Positions 45,189 through 55,457 of a stretch of 64,000 bases of DNA are shown here, in pieces; position 1 is the first letter of the stretch, and the number at the start of each line of letters is the position of its first letter. Both the position numbers and the translations under genes were made by a program. Under the pieces are notes generated by a model. The model was not told the origin of the DNA, made no database searches, and saw only the letters and a list, made by a program, of their open reading frames with translations. Origin of the DNA: Armatimonadota bacterium (lineage in GTDB: Bacteria; Armatimonadota; SYMT01); assembly GCA_041690135.1 (NCBI GenBank), contig JAWLHY010000002.1, positions 448,001-512,000 on the forward strand. The letters run 5' to 3'.

Positions 45189-46586
45189 TCATTCCCCGGT
45201 ATACCGGCAGACGACCATCGTCAAATCGTCTGCCGGGTCCCCGGCCGCGTGGGCCGCGGTGTTGAGCGCCTCCAGGATCGCCTCCACGGGTTCTCCGGCG
45301 CAACTTTCGAGGATGCGGGTGATGCCGTCTTCCCCCAGCCAGCCACCGGCGGGCACCCGGGCCTCACTCAGGCCGTCGGAGTACAATAGCAGGACATCGC
45401 CGGGGTTTAGCTCCAGGTCCTGCGGGGTGGCCTCCCATGCCGAGAAGACCCCGAGCAGCAGGCCGTGCGCCTCTGCCGCGCGGACCCTCCCGTCCCGGCC
45501 GGACCAGTGCATCACGGCCGGGTGGCCCGCGCTCCAGATCCGCACGAAGGGGCTTTCCGGCGCGAGTTCCAGCATGCATAGGGTGGCGAACGCCCCGTCC
45601 GGGAGCCGTTCGCCGAGGTCCTGGTTCAGTTTTTCCAGGGCCGCCTGTGGATCGCGCAACGGATTGAGCCAGGGAAGGAGGTGCCCGATGCTCGTCGCGG
45701 CGAAGGCGGCCGGGAGTCCCTTCCCCGAAACGTCGCCCACCACGATCCCCTGGCGACGCTTGTCTTCCAGAAACAGGTAAAAGTCACCCCCGACCAGGTG
45801 TGCATAGTCGGTCCGCACCGCGACCTCCCAGCCCGGAATGCTGGGCGGAGCATCCGGCAGCGCCGCCATCTGCATGGAGCGTGCCAGGCTCATCTCCCGC
45901 CGGGCGCCCTCTTCCGCGACCTCGCGCCGGACCAGTTCCGCTTCGGCGGTCTGGGTCGCCTCGAACCAGTCTCGCAGGCGCTCCATCAAGGAGCCGGAGA
46001 AGATGCCCGCGATCAAGAAATACGGGACCAGGTTCCGCAGATCTTCTGCCGCGCCCGCGGGAAACTCCCGGGCAAGAAGCAGGGTCAGCAGCGCGGAAGC
46101 ACCTCCCGTTGCGTAGCCACCAACCGATCCGTATACCAGTGCGGCCGCGAAGATGATGAGGTAACACTGGCCCAGGAACGGGCTGCTCGAACCTCCGGTG
46201 TGGTAGCCGACGAGACCCACGAACAGCAGGTCGGCCGCCATCAAGGCGTACAGTGGGATGCGGTGGATGGGCACCCGGTAGATGAGAACGATGGAAGCCA
46301 GGTTGTAAACGGAGAGCAGTGCCAGAACCAGCAGCGTCCGGCTGCCCGGGTTCTGTGTCAGCAGCACGAGCATGCTTTCCACAGCCTCCGCCGCCACAAA
46401 CAGCCAGCGCCCGCCCGTTAGCCAGCCGCGGAAGGTAGTCAGTAGTTGTTGTCGCCCCGTCAGGCCTCCGTTGCTCACCTCCTTTCGATACCCGTAACCG
46501 GATAGCGTGCAATCCCGGCCGCCCCTGCCGTGATAGGAGGCATCGTCGGCTCGGACGGCGTAATGGCAGGGATAGAAGGTCGCCAC
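45189..46586 (-). CDS. Membrane-bound PP2C/SpoIIE-type Ser/Thr phosphatase
   Basis: VGGDFY, VGDVSGKG.PAA, SAGHP, LYSDGLSE, ADDLT; N-terminal TM helices. The true start is probably downstream of 46586. Confidence 0.88.
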   Translation of the reverse strand: MATFYPCHYAVRADDASYHGRGGRDCTLSGYGYRKEVSNGGLTGRQQLLTTFRGWLTGGRWLFVAAEAVESMLVLLTQNPGSRTLLVLALLSVYNLASIVLIYRVPIHRIPLYALMAADLLFVGLVGYHTGGSSSPFLGQCYLIIFAAALVYGSVGGYATGGASALLTLLLAREFPAGAAEDLRNLVPYFLIAGIFSGSLMERLRDWFEATQTAEAELVRREVAEEGARREMSLARSMQMAALPDAPPSIPGWEVAVRTDYAHLVGGDFYLFLEDKRRQGIVVGDVSGKGLPAAFAATSIGHLLPWLNPLRDPQAALEKLNQDLGERLPDGAFATLCMLELAPESPFVRIWSAGHPAVMHWSGRDGRVRAAEAHGLLLGVFSAWEATPQDLELNPGDVLLLYSDGLSEARVPAGGWLGEDGITRILESCAGEPVEAILEALNTAAHAAGDPADDLTMVVCRYTGE

Positions 46587-46626
46587 AGGGTCCGGAGTTT
46601 ACCAACCTTCGGGAGTCGTCGCGAGC

Positions 46627-49188
46627 ATGCCTGGTTCGTTCATCGTCAGTGAGGAGCGTTTTCGCGCGGTTATCGAGCACAGCCTCGATGGGCTCGTTCT
46701 CACGGATGAGAAGGGAACGGTGCTCTATGCCAGCCCGGCGACTCATCGCATCACGGGCCTTCCGGAGGAGACTTTTACGGGTCGCGACGTGTTCCTGGGG
46801 GTCCACCCGGAAGACCTGTCCGGAGTTACCGAGCGCTTCCAGCGACTTCTCCAGGGGCCGGGAGAACCCCTATCGGCTCGCTTCCGGCACCAGCATGCGG
46901 ACGGCTCTTGGCGTTGGATCGACGCCGTGGGGACGAACCTGCTGGCCCAGCCCGGCGTGCATGCGATCGTCGTGAGCTTCCGGGATGTTACCCAGGTGCA
47001 CGAGGCGGAAGCGGCCAGGAGTCGCCTGCTCCAGCAGACCAGAAGTGGGGAAGAGCGTTTGATGCTCCTGGCGGAGGCATCCAGCCGGCTCCTGCCTACG
47101 GATGAGCCGGAAGCCATTTTCGGCGAGTTGCTGGACCTGGCTCGTCGTCTCATTCCCGCGGATGCTTGCGCCGTCTGGCGGAAGGAACCGGACGGTGAAG
47201 CATGGAGCGTGGCTGCGGAAGTGGGCCTTCCTACCGAGTACGAGCGGAAGTTGCCTGCCGCGGAACACCGCCTTCCCGACCAGCCTCTTTGTGTCGAGAA
47301 TGTTGATCGGGTGCCGGCGGTCGCCTCCCGGCGGACGGCGTTTGCGCGGATCGGGATCCGGTCCCTGATGTTTGTCCCGCTGCGGATAGCAGATGAGGCG
47401 GCGGCCACGATTGCCTTCTACTACCGCGAGCCGCACGCTTTCCCCGAGTCGGAAGTGCGGGTCGCGACGGCGCTGGCAAACTTGGCGAGTGCCGCCCTGA
47501 CCACTGCCGAGCTGTACGCCCGGCAGCGCCGCGCCCACGAGGAAGCGGAACGCGCCTATTACCAGGCGCAGGACACGCTGGCCCGGCTGGCGGAGAGCGA
47601 GCGCGATCTCCGCTACGTGATGGAACACGCCAACTGCATTCTCTGGCACGCCGTTGTGCACGCGCCTTCGACGGATTCGCGGGGCTTCGTCTGGGACTTC
47701 ACCTACTTCGATGAACAGGCGGCGCAGCGTTTTCTGCCGCTGGAGTTACTGCCCGGTGAATCGTATGTCGAGGCGTTCTACCGCAATAAGCCGCAGGAAG
47801 ACCGGGCCTACTGTGATCGGCGGGCCCGGGAGGCGTTCCATGAGGGCAGGCCATTCTACAGCCACGAAACGCGCTGCCGCCGCTCGGACGGGAGTGTGAG
47901 GTGGTTGTACGAAGAAACGCAGGTAGAGGTGATTGGGCCCGGCCAGTGGCGTGCCGTCGGTTTCTGCACCGATATCACCGAGCGCAAGCGGCTCGAAGGG
48001 GAATTGCGGCGTCAGATGGAGGCGCTGGAGCAGGCGGACCGTCGGAAGGATCAGTTCCTGGCCATGCTGGCGCACGAACTGCGGAACCCACTCGGCGCCA
48101 TCAGCAACGCGCTGCACGTGCTCAGGTTGCCGCAAGCTAAGGAAGATATGCGCGCGCGCGCACTGGCGATCCTGGATCGGCAGGTGCGGCACCAGCGGCG
48201 GATGGTGGACGACCTCCTCGACGTTTCTCGCATCACCCGGGGGTTGATGGAAATCCGGCGCGCGCCCGTGGATCTCGTGCCGTTGGTTCGCGACACCGTC
48301 GAAGATATCCGCGGGGAACTGGATGTGCGGGGGATCGCGCTTCAAGTCGAGCTTCCCGAGAAGGGCTGCTGGGTTACCGGAGACGCCATCCGCCTCGGGC
48401 AGGTAGTGGGGAACTTGCTGCATAACGCCTGCAAGTTCACGGAAGCCGGCGGCGGCATCCGGGTGCGGGTGGAGGCGGAAGCGCTGCCGGGAATGAACTC
48501 ATCGGATGACGTGTCCAATCCTCCGCACCCCTCGCAGGCTGTGGTGTCCGTGCGCGATACCGGAGCCGGGATGGCGCCGGAGTTGCTCTCGCGTATCTTT
48601 GAGAGCTTCGTTCAGGGGGATCAGAACCTGGCGCGGGTGCACGGTGGGCTTGGGCTCGGCCTGGCGCTGGCGCGTGGTCTTATTGAGCTGCACGGAGGTA
48701 CGATTGAGGCGCGGAGTGACGGTCCCGGACATGGTTCCGAGGTCCGCTTCCACCTGCCATCAACGGCGGCTCCCCGGGAAGCGGAGGCCATCGCCGTTGG
48801 ATCTAGCCCGGCTGCCGGTCCGGTGAAGGTGCTGGTGGTGGAGGACAACCCGGACGTGGCGGAAAGCATGCGCGACCTCTTGGAGGCCTTTGGCTATCGG
48901 GTGAACCTGGCCTCCAGCGGGACCGGCGTGCTGGAGTTGTCCCGACGGGAGTTGCCCCAGGTGATCCTGTGTGATATTGGGCTTCCCGGCAAGGACGGCT
49001 ACGAGGTGGCAGCCGAGATTCGGGCCGATCCCTCCCTGGCCGGCATCCGCCTGGCCGCCGTGAGTGGCTACGGCACGGAGGACGACCTGCACCGGAGTCG
49101 GTCCGCCGGTTTCGAAGCCCACTTCACCAAGCCGGTCACTCCCGCGGACCTCCTGACCTGGCTGCGGGAAATAGCAAGCCGCACTTAA
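46627..49188 (+). CDS. Hybrid sensor histidine kinase (PAS-GAF-PAS-HisKA-HATPase-REC)
   Basis: FLAMLAHELRNPL, NLLHNACKFT, DTGAGM, GGLGLGL, REC VLVVEDN...ILCDIGLPGKDGY. Confidence 0.93.
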   Translation: MPGSFIVSEERFRAVIEHSLDGLVLTDEKGTVLYASPATHRITGLPEETFTGRDVFLGVHPEDLSGVTERFQRLLQGPGEPLSARFRHQHADGSWRWIDAVGTNLLAQPGVHAIVVSFRDVTQVHEAEAARSRLLQQTRSGEERLMLLAEASSRLLPTDEPEAIFGELLDLARRLIPADACAVWRKEPDGEAWSVAAEVGLPTEYERKLPAAEHRLPDQPLCVENVDRVPAVASRRTAFARIGIRSLMFVPLRIADEAAATIAFYYREPHAFPESEVRVATALANLASAALTTAELYARQRRAHEEAERAYYQAQDTLARLAESERDLRYVMEHANCILWHAVVHAPSTDSRGFVWDFTYFDEQAAQRFLPLELLPGESYVEAFYRNKPQEDRAYCDRRAREAFHEGRPFYSHETRCRRSDGSVRWLYEETQVEVIGPGQWRAVGFCTDITERKRLEGELRRQMEALEQADRRKDQFLAMLAHELRNPLGAISNALHVLRLPQAKEDMRARALAILDRQVRHQRRMVDDLLDVSRITRGLMEIRRAPVDLVPLVRDTVEDIRGELDVRGIALQVELPEKGCWVTGDAIRLGQVVGNLLHNACKFTEAGGGIRVRVEAEALPGMNSSDDVSNPPHPSQAVVSVRDTGAGMAPELLSRIFESFVQGDQNLARVHGGLGLGLALARGLIELHGGTIEARSDGPGHGSEVRFHLPSTAAPREAEAIAVGSSPAAGPVKVLVVEDNPDVAESMRDLLEAFGYRVNLASSGTGVLELSRRELPQVILCDIGLPGKDGYEVAAEIRADPSLAGIRLAAVSGYGTEDDLHRSRSAGFEAHFTKPVTPADLLTWLREIASRT

Positions 49189-49190
49189 GC

Positions 49191-50690
49191 TCAGAGCATC
49201 AGTTCGGGACGCGCTCGGCCGGTCCCGGCAATCGGCATGGGCCGGTTTTCCCGGTCCGGAACCATGGTCTCCGGATCGATGCCCAGGAGGTAGAAGGCGG
49301 TGGCCAGCAGGTCCTTGGGAGACACGGGGGTCTCCTCCACTTCCCCTCCGAGCCGATCCGTACTGCCGACTACCTTCCCGCTCGGCGCGCCGCCGCCGGC
49401 CAGGGTGACGGAGTAGGCGTTAGACCAGTGGTGCCGGCCCGCGCCCTTTGGCTTGGAGTCGATCTGCGGGGTGCGGCCGTGCTCGCTCATCCAGAGGACC
49501 AGGGTGTCGCCGAGTAGCCCGCGGTCTTCCAGGTCGCGAATCAGGGCGGAATACGCGAGGTCGAAGCCGGGCAGCAGGTACTCCTTCAGGCGCGGATAGT
49601 GGTTGGCGTGCGTGTCCCAGGCGCAGTTGGCGAACTGGCCGTAGCCGTCCCAGTAGACGCTGACAAACTTGCAGCCGGCCTCCACCAGGCGCCGCGCGGC
49701 GAGGCAGGACTGGCCGAACAGCGTCATGCCGTATTGCTCGCGCAGGGCCTGGGACTCCCGGCCGATGTCGAGCGCCTCCCGCATTCGCTCCGAGGTCAGG
49801 AGCGAAAACGCCCGCTCCTGAAAGCGGTCGTACGCCTGCACCTCGCTGGTGGCATCGATCCGTTTTCGGCCCTGGTCGAACTGCTCCAGCAGGGAGCGCC
49901 GGAGCTGCAGTCGCCGGGAGGAGACGTTCTCCGAAAGCTGGCCCGGAGGCGCCATCCGGAAGCGGCCCTCCGCCGTGGTGGCGGCAAACGGGTCCATGAA
50001 CTCCTTCGCCTGCCCGTCCGTGTACTTCGGCGCGACCTTCAGGCCGGGACCGTCGAATGAAGGCCAGACCGGGTCGTAGGCCTGCCCCAGGAAGGCGGCA
50101 TAGGTGCCCGCGCTCACATCGACGTCGGTCTTGGAGTTCAACAACCACGGCAGCCCGACGTTCCGGGGCATGGCGGGGTGCAGGTCCCCGGTGCGCCGCT
50201 CCTCCAGGTAGTCGACGATGGAACCGATAAACGGCCAGTGCTGGGCGTCGCGCGGACGGGTCTCCAGGGCCGGCGTATAAGTGGGGATCCCGGTGAGGGC
50301 GTACGCCACCCCATGGAGTGGGTAGGGGTGCGTAACGGAGCGGACCACCGTGACGCGATCCATGATCTTCGCGATCTTCGGCAGCCCCTCGCAGATCTGG
50401 AGTCCCGGCACGACCGTGCCGATCGCCTTCATTTCTCCCTGGATTTCCGCGGGTGCGTCGGGCTTGGGGTCGAAGGTCTCATGCTGCGGCGGGGAGCCGT
50501 ATGGAAACAGCAGGATGCACGCCTTCGCCCGGCCGAACGCGCGGGGCCGCGCTTCGGCGGCCTGGGCGTCCTGAAGGCGCAGGGCGTCCGCCATCCCCAC
50601 GCCGAAGACGCCGAGTCCGCCCACCTGGAGCAGGTCCCGGCGGGTGATCCCGTCGCAAAGCGTGGTTGGTGAGCCGAGGAGGCGGATCAT
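49191..50690 (-). CDS. DUF1501 domain protein
   Basis: TRRDLL, PPQHETFDPKP, CLAARRLVEAG, WDTH, SEHGRTP, GRHHW; start taken at ATG 50690. Confidence 0.9.
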   Translation of the reverse strand: MIRLLGSPTTLCDGITRRDLLQVGGLGVFGVGMADALRLQDAQAAEARPRAFGRAKACILLFPYGSPPQHETFDPKPDAPAEIQGEMKAIGTVVPGLQICEGLPKIAKIMDRVTVVRSVTHPYPLHGVAYALTGIPTYTPALETRPRDAQHWPFIGSIVDYLEERRTGDLHPAMPRNVGLPWLLNSKTDVDVSAGTYAAFLGQAYDPVWPSFDGPGLKVAPKYTDGQAKEFMDPFAATTAEGRFRMAPPGQLSENVSSRRLQLRRSLLEQFDQGRKRIDATSEVQAYDRFQERAFSLLTSERMREALDIGRESQALREQYGMTLFGQSCLAARRLVEAGCKFVSVYWDGYGQFANCAWDTHANHYPRLKEYLLPGFDLAYSALIRDLEDRGLLGDTLVLWMSEHGRTPQIDSKPKGAGRHHWSNAYSVTLAGGGAPSGKVVGSTDRLGGEVEETPVSPKDLLATAFYLLGIDPETMVPDRENRPMPIAGTGRARPELML

Positions 50691-50934
50691 GGTGTCTGCT
50701 GTCTGTTCCTTTTGCGGATGGACGGTACCCAGCAAGGTGGCGGCCCGCCGGCAGGGATTGCGTGATGCGTATTTCGCAATGCGTAACCCGAACCAACTGG
50801 ATCCAGGAGCAAGAACCGCTACACCGCGAAGGGGTGTCCGAGCTTCTCGATGCCCCAGCAGTTCAGAGAACATGACGGAGCGGAAGTTGCATTCGGAACG
50901 GCGGGGCGGGCCTGAATACGCGTACAATCTCCCC

Positions 50935-51369
50935 ATGGGTAACTGGCAAGAAGAGATCGCTCGGGTGCGACGGGCCACCGGTATCCGGTGCCGGCTCCTC
51001 GAGAAAAACACGTCTGACGTGGATACGGTCGCGCGGGAGTTCGGTCTTCAGCCCAGTGGCCGCCTGGAGCCGGTAGACGGATTGACGGCTACTGCCGTGC
51101 TGGAAGCCCTCCTGTGGAAGGATATGGCCTACCAGTACGAGATCATGCCGCGCGACCGGGCTCGCGAGTTGGCGCGGGAATTCGTCGGGACGTTTCCCGT
51201 CGGTGCCCGGTTCTTCGTCAATGCCCGATGGGACCTACGGGGGTCTGCGCCTTTCTCCTGGTCATCCTGCACCTCGGCCACATTCGATGGCGGGGTCATC
51301 GCCATAGCCTCGGACAAAAAAGGCGGCCAGTGGCTCGCCGGCTGTATCTGGCTGGAGGACGAAGATTGA
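50935..51369 (+). CDS. Conserved hypothetical protein (…ATFDGGV…GCIWLEDED)
   Basis: Coherent globular ORF from ATG 50935, preceded by TACAAT 6 nt upstream. Confidence 0.65.
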   Translation: MGNWQEEIARVRRATGIRCRLLEKNTSDVDTVAREFGLQPSGRLEPVDGLTATAVLEALLWKDMAYQYEIMPRDRARELAREFVGTFPVGARFFVNARWDLRGSAPFSWSSCTSATFDGGVIAIASDKKGGQWLAGCIWLEDED

Positions 51370-51715
51370 GTGGGTGCCGGTGCGGAGCTGCACGCGCGGA
51401 TAAGAAAGCTAAAGTACGCGGTCCCCTGAGCGTTTGCGTTGCAATCGCCCCGTCCGGCAGACTCGATCTGTAGGGGCATCGGCTCTGGTTGCCCCGTTCT
51501 GAATCAGATGAGCGCCGGCAAAACCGTAGTAGCCGTTGGAGCCGGAGCCGGCCGGCTGCAACCCCATATGCCAACCCCACCTCACCCACCTCCACGCTCG
51601 CTCCCGCAGCCATCGTAAAGTCAACAGCCAGGGAGTTTGCCCTGCAGGAACCCGGATGCGGAACAGACAACAGTGCTGCGGTGAAGCACTCCCCACTCTT
51701 CCAGAGGTTCCTACC

Positions 51716-53041
51716 ATGTTGCCTCGTCCCGCACTCCGGTGGCCCCTGCTTCTGTTACTGCTGGTCACCTCCGCCTTGCCGCTTGCCGGCCAGGAGGCGA
51801 CGGCTCCGCCCCCTCCCGGTGCAGTTTCCGCCCCGCCGGACCAGAAGCCGGTCGTCTTCCGTCTCCTGCTATTGATCAAGCCGGAGAGCCGGCTCGTCAC
51901 GAAGAAGGGCGCCTGCAATGGGAAGATGACCCTGGGAGACATCCAGGCCGTCTCCAAGGTCTTCCAGGAGACCTTCCCGCAGGCGGTTCGGCGCGCCACC
52001 CGTGGACGCGTCGAGATCCAGGCGGACGTCACCGTCTCCGACGCGCCCCTGACGAAGGTGACCGCGGTGGGGAAGGGGCAGTTCTGGCCTGCTCCGGGAA
52101 ATGTCCAGGCCGATCTCCAACGGTACACCCGTCCGGGGGAGTACGACGGGGTGGTCGTCTACTGGATGAACCGGGACGGCCAGCAGAAGAAGAGCCTTCC
52201 CGGCGGCCTCGGCTTCACCTGGCCGGGTCTCACCACCCACGGCATGGGCTACAGCGTGATGGTCTACCAGGGCCCGCGCTACTGGGCGGGGAAGGGACCG
52301 GCCACGGTGTTCGTCCACGAGTGGTGCCATCAACTGGAGTTCTTCTACCCGAAGTTGGGCGTGAAGCTGCCCCGCCAAGGCCTCCACGGGACGCACCTCT
52401 ACCCCGGCCAGGGCAAGAACTGGTATGCGCGCTTCCTGAATGGGGAGGTGGAGGAGCGGGACGGCTCCCGGCGCGGGCTGGGGGAAACGGCGTGGCGCCT
52501 CGGGACGATGCGGGAGCGGTATACCCCCGACTACCTCACTCCGGAGCGCAAGAGCCGCAACCTGCTCCGGAATGCCTCCTTCGAGGCGCCGCTGGCGGGT
52601 ACCTGGACTTACGGAGGCGTTCAACCCGCGGCGAATGCGGTCCGGGTGGTTTCCGGGGGAGCGCGGGACGGGGCTCACTCCCTGGTGCTGCAGTCGGCCG
52701 TACCCAACGAACTGCACGTCTACCAGGACGTAGCCGTGAAACCGAAGACGCGCTACCTCCTTTCGGGCTGGGTCGCCACCGAGCGCCTGCAGACCCGCTC
52801 CGGCAGCAACACCGGGGCTACCCTGGCCGTTTTCCGGCACCCCGAGCGGAGCCGCTCCCTGACGGGAGACAACGAGTGGACCTACGTCTTCCGCATGGTC
52901 GATACCGGCAAGCGGACGCAACTCCGGATCGGCGCGCAGTTCGGCGGCCTGAAGGTCCCCGCGGTCGGCCGGGCCGCCTACGACGACCTTTGCCTGATCG
53001 AGGTCGAGCGCGTCGATCCGGATGGGCATCCGGTGGATTGA
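51716..53041 (+). CDS. Secreted putative zinc metalloprotease (HExxH) with C-terminal CBM-like jelly-roll domain
   Basis: Signal peptide; VFVHEWCHQLE...GLH; NLLRNASFE, QDVAVKPKTRYLLSGWV, AAYDDLCLIEV. Confidence 0.65.
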   Translation: MLPRPALRWPLLLLLLVTSALPLAGQEATAPPPPGAVSAPPDQKPVVFRLLLLIKPESRLVTKKGACNGKMTLGDIQAVSKVFQETFPQAVRRATRGRVEIQADVTVSDAPLTKVTAVGKGQFWPAPGNVQADLQRYTRPGEYDGVVVYWMNRDGQQKKSLPGGLGFTWPGLTTHGMGYSVMVYQGPRYWAGKGPATVFVHEWCHQLEFFYPKLGVKLPRQGLHGTHLYPGQGKNWYARFLNGEVEERDGSRRGLGETAWRLGTMRERYTPDYLTPERKSRNLLRNASFEAPLAGTWTYGGVQPAANAVRVVSGGARDGAHSLVLQSAVPNELHVYQDVAVKPKTRYLLSGWVATERLQTRSGSNTGATLAVFRHPERSRSLTGDNEWTYVFRMVDTGKRTQLRIGAQFGGLKVPAVGRAAYDDLCLIEVERVDPDGHPVD

Positions 53042-53059
53042 GTTAAACCACCAGCCCGC

Positions 53060-54337
53060 TCAACGCCGCTTGCGGGGTGGGAAGACCTCCTTCACAGCTT
53101 CCAGATACTTCATCCCGGTGCGGGTGTCCGGCTCCAGGTAGCTGCCTTCCGTCCACTCGTTCCAGCAGTTCAGGTTGAAGATCCGCTCTTCGGGCGGGCG
53201 CTTCATCAAGAACTCTTTCACCCGCACCAGCGCATCGCGGAAAGCTTCCGGCGTGTTGCCGCTTAAGGTGGCCATGAACGGGTAGCCGCGGTTCTCGAAC
53301 GGGTCGGACTGCTGCGCCCGGGGGCTCGAGTCCCAGCCCATGGTCACGTTCGGGTAGTAGGGCACGCCGAACTGGTTGGTCACCGTCTCGGCATACCGGA
53401 AGTACTCGTCCATCACCTGCCGGTACGGGGTCTCCGGGAACTGCTTCAGCGGCACGTGGTGGATCCAGACGTAGGATGTTACGCTGTCCAGCCCCAGCTT
53501 CTCGGACATCTCCCGTACGTTGGCGACCGTCTTCTCGCCCGGAAGGATCTGCACGCCCCAGGTAACGCCGTTCACGTGCAGGTCGGGGAAACCGGCGGAC
53601 TTCGTCTTCGCGCGGAACCGGTCGAGGGCTTTGCGGGTCTCGTCCACGCTCCCGAAGCTCTGGACCAGCCGGTACAGCTCGTACACGGAGAAGTAGGGTT
53701 TCCCGTCGATCTTCCAGTAGGAGGGGTGGCGGAAGTACTCGCGGACGATGTAGTCGGTCATCTTCTCCCAGGTGGCCGGTTGGATGCGGCCGGGGTAGAG
53801 GAGCTTCGGCTGCACGCCCAGCTTGCGGGGGTGGATGTCGATCCAGTCGTGGTTCGCCCACATCAGGCTGAACTTGAGCCGGCGGTTGTTCCTGGCCTTG
53901 AGGAAGCCCTTCTCTAGCCCCCGTTCCAGGAACGGGCCGTCGTCGTACCAGTACCAGTCGAAGATGAAGGCGTCGATGCCGTGGTCCGCCGCCGCGTCGA
54001 TCTTCCGCGCCATCTCCTTCGGGTCGGACTCGTCCGTATAGCCCCAGGCCGGCACCTTCGGCTGCTGGTGGCCCGGAAACCGCGGCTTCGCCGTCTTCAC
54101 CAGTTCCCACTCCGCCCACCCCTTGCCATGGAACGCATCGTTGCGCGGATCGCCGGGATGATAGTTCGGGAAGTAGTAGCAGGCGACCGTTGGCCTCACC
54201 TCCCGGCTGGAACCCTTGACCTTCGCTGCGGCGGAATTGGTCGCTGGCAACGAGCCAGGCTGGGCTGCTTCCGTGGCGGTCAGGAGATTGGCGCCAAGAC
54301 CTGCGAGAGATGAGGTTAAGAAGGTACGGCGAAACAA
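53060..54337 (-). CDS. Tat-exported GH99-like / WbsX-family glycoside hydrolase domain protein
   Basis: RRTFL Tat motif; YYFPNYH, WAEWELVK, FDWYWY, LMWANHDW, GWDSSPR, NCWNEWTEGSYLEPD. Confidence 0.88.
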   Translation of the reverse strand: MFRRTFLTSSLAGLGANLLTATEAAQPGSLPATNSAAAKVKGSSREVRPTVACYYFPNYHPGDPRNDAFHGKGWAEWELVKTAKPRFPGHQQPKVPAWGYTDESDPKEMARKIDAAADHGIDAFIFDWYWYDDGPFLERGLEKGFLKARNNRRLKFSLMWANHDWIDIHPRKLGVQPKLLYPGRIQPATWEKMTDYIVREYFRHPSYWKIDGKPYFSVYELYRLVQSFGSVDETRKALDRFRAKTKSAGFPDLHVNGVTWGVQILPGEKTVANVREMSEKLGLDSVTSYVWIHHVPLKQFPETPYRQVMDEYFRYAETVTNQFGVPYYPNVTMGWDSSPRAQQSDPFENRGYPFMATLSGNTPEAFRDALVRVKEFLMKRPPEERIFNLNCWNEWTEGSYLEPDTRTGMKYLEAVKEVFPPRKRR

Positions 54338-54557
54338 GGCGAAGCCCCCTCTTCATTGGGTGGTAACCGGGCGACGCTCACGTTGGCGCATCTGATGGCA
54401 CGGGGAAGCACGTCGCGTCCGGTTGCCTATACTTGCTGGAATTGTTCGCTGCGAGAGACGGTTCTGTCCTGCTGACGAGGGTGGCGGGGCCTGAACGAGC
54501 TACCACCGGAAAGTATTGACATGCCGCGGTTCAGCGCAGCCTCCGACAATCATCCCC

Positions 54558-55457
54558 ATGGGCGATTACGATCGCAGCAGCAAATGGCTCATCCAGCATC
54601 ACGGCGACTCCCTGCTTCGTCTCGCCGGAATCGGTCCGATTTCACGATGGCGGGCGGTCCAACCAGAGGTGGTGCAACCCGGACAACTCCCGGATGGCTG
54701 CCTGGAAGTGTACGTTGGCGACGACGAGACTCCCGTCATTTTCGTGTTGGAGTTGGCAACCTACCCAGAGCAACGCGTTACCGAGCAACTCGTGCGCGAT
54801 ACGCTGCTGGTCCGGTTGGACCGTCGCTGCCTTCCCGAAGTGCTGGTGGTCGTCTTGCATCCAAAGGGCCGTCTGAACGTCCCACCGCACTTCCAGGAGC
54901 GCAGCCGGTTGGAGCACACAGAAATAGCGTTGCGCTGGAAAGTCGTAGAACTCTGGACCCTCGATGCGGAGAAACTGCTGGAAACGGGCGATCCCGGTGT
55001 GGCGCCCTGGGTTCCGCTCGCGCGGTACGACGGCCCGCCAGAACCTCTCCTCCGCAGGTGCCGGGAGGTGATCGACCGGGAGGCTCATCCGGAGGAGCGG
55101 ATCAACTTGCTTGCGGTCACACAGGTTCTGGCCCGTCTCCGGTATAATGATCTGGCTCTCTTTTCTTTACTCGGAGGGCGGCAAGTCATGATTGAGTCCC
55201 CGCTGATCCAGGAAATCGTTACCGAAGCCGAGGCCCGCGGAAAGGCAGAAGGCAAGGCAGAAGGCAAGGCAGAAGGCAAGGCGGAGGGGAAAGCGCAAGC
55301 GCTGCTGACGGTCCTGCACACCCGATTTGGCCCCCTCCCCCAAGAGTTGGTGGACGTAATATCCCGCATCGCCGATGAAAAGGTGCTGGACAGCCTCGTT
55401 GAGCACGCCACACGCTGCCGTACGCTCACGGGCTTTCGAGCGCGCATTCCATCTTGA
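54558..55457 (+). CDS. Rpn-like (recombination-promoting nuclease / Transposase_31-like) protein with (GKAE)n repeat and DUF4351-like tail
   Basis: YDRSSKWL, PD-x-E-type core (LPDGCL...VLELATYP), VVELWTLDAE, W.PLA, GKAEGKAEGKAE, VLHTRFG.LP. Confidence 0.7.
   Translation: MGDYDRSSKWLIQHHGDSLLRLAGIGPISRWRAVQPEVVQPGQLPDGCLEVYVGDDETPVIFVLELATYPEQRVTEQLVRDTLLVRLDRRCLPEVLVVVLHPKGRLNVPPHFQERSRLEHTEIALRWKVVELWTLDAEKLLETGDPGVAPWVPLARYDGPPEPLLRRCREVIDREAHPEERINLLAVTQVLARLRYNDLALFSLLGGRQVMIESPLIQEIVTEAEARGKAEGKAEGKAEGKAEGKAQALLTVLHTRFGPLPQELVDVISRIADEKVLDSLVEHATRCRTLTGFRARIPS

Noticed and set aside
55239-55295. GGCAGAAGGC repeats as another copy of the GGCAGAA heptamer array
   Set aside because: The period is 12 nt and encodes GKAE, a normal feature of Rpn-like C-termini.
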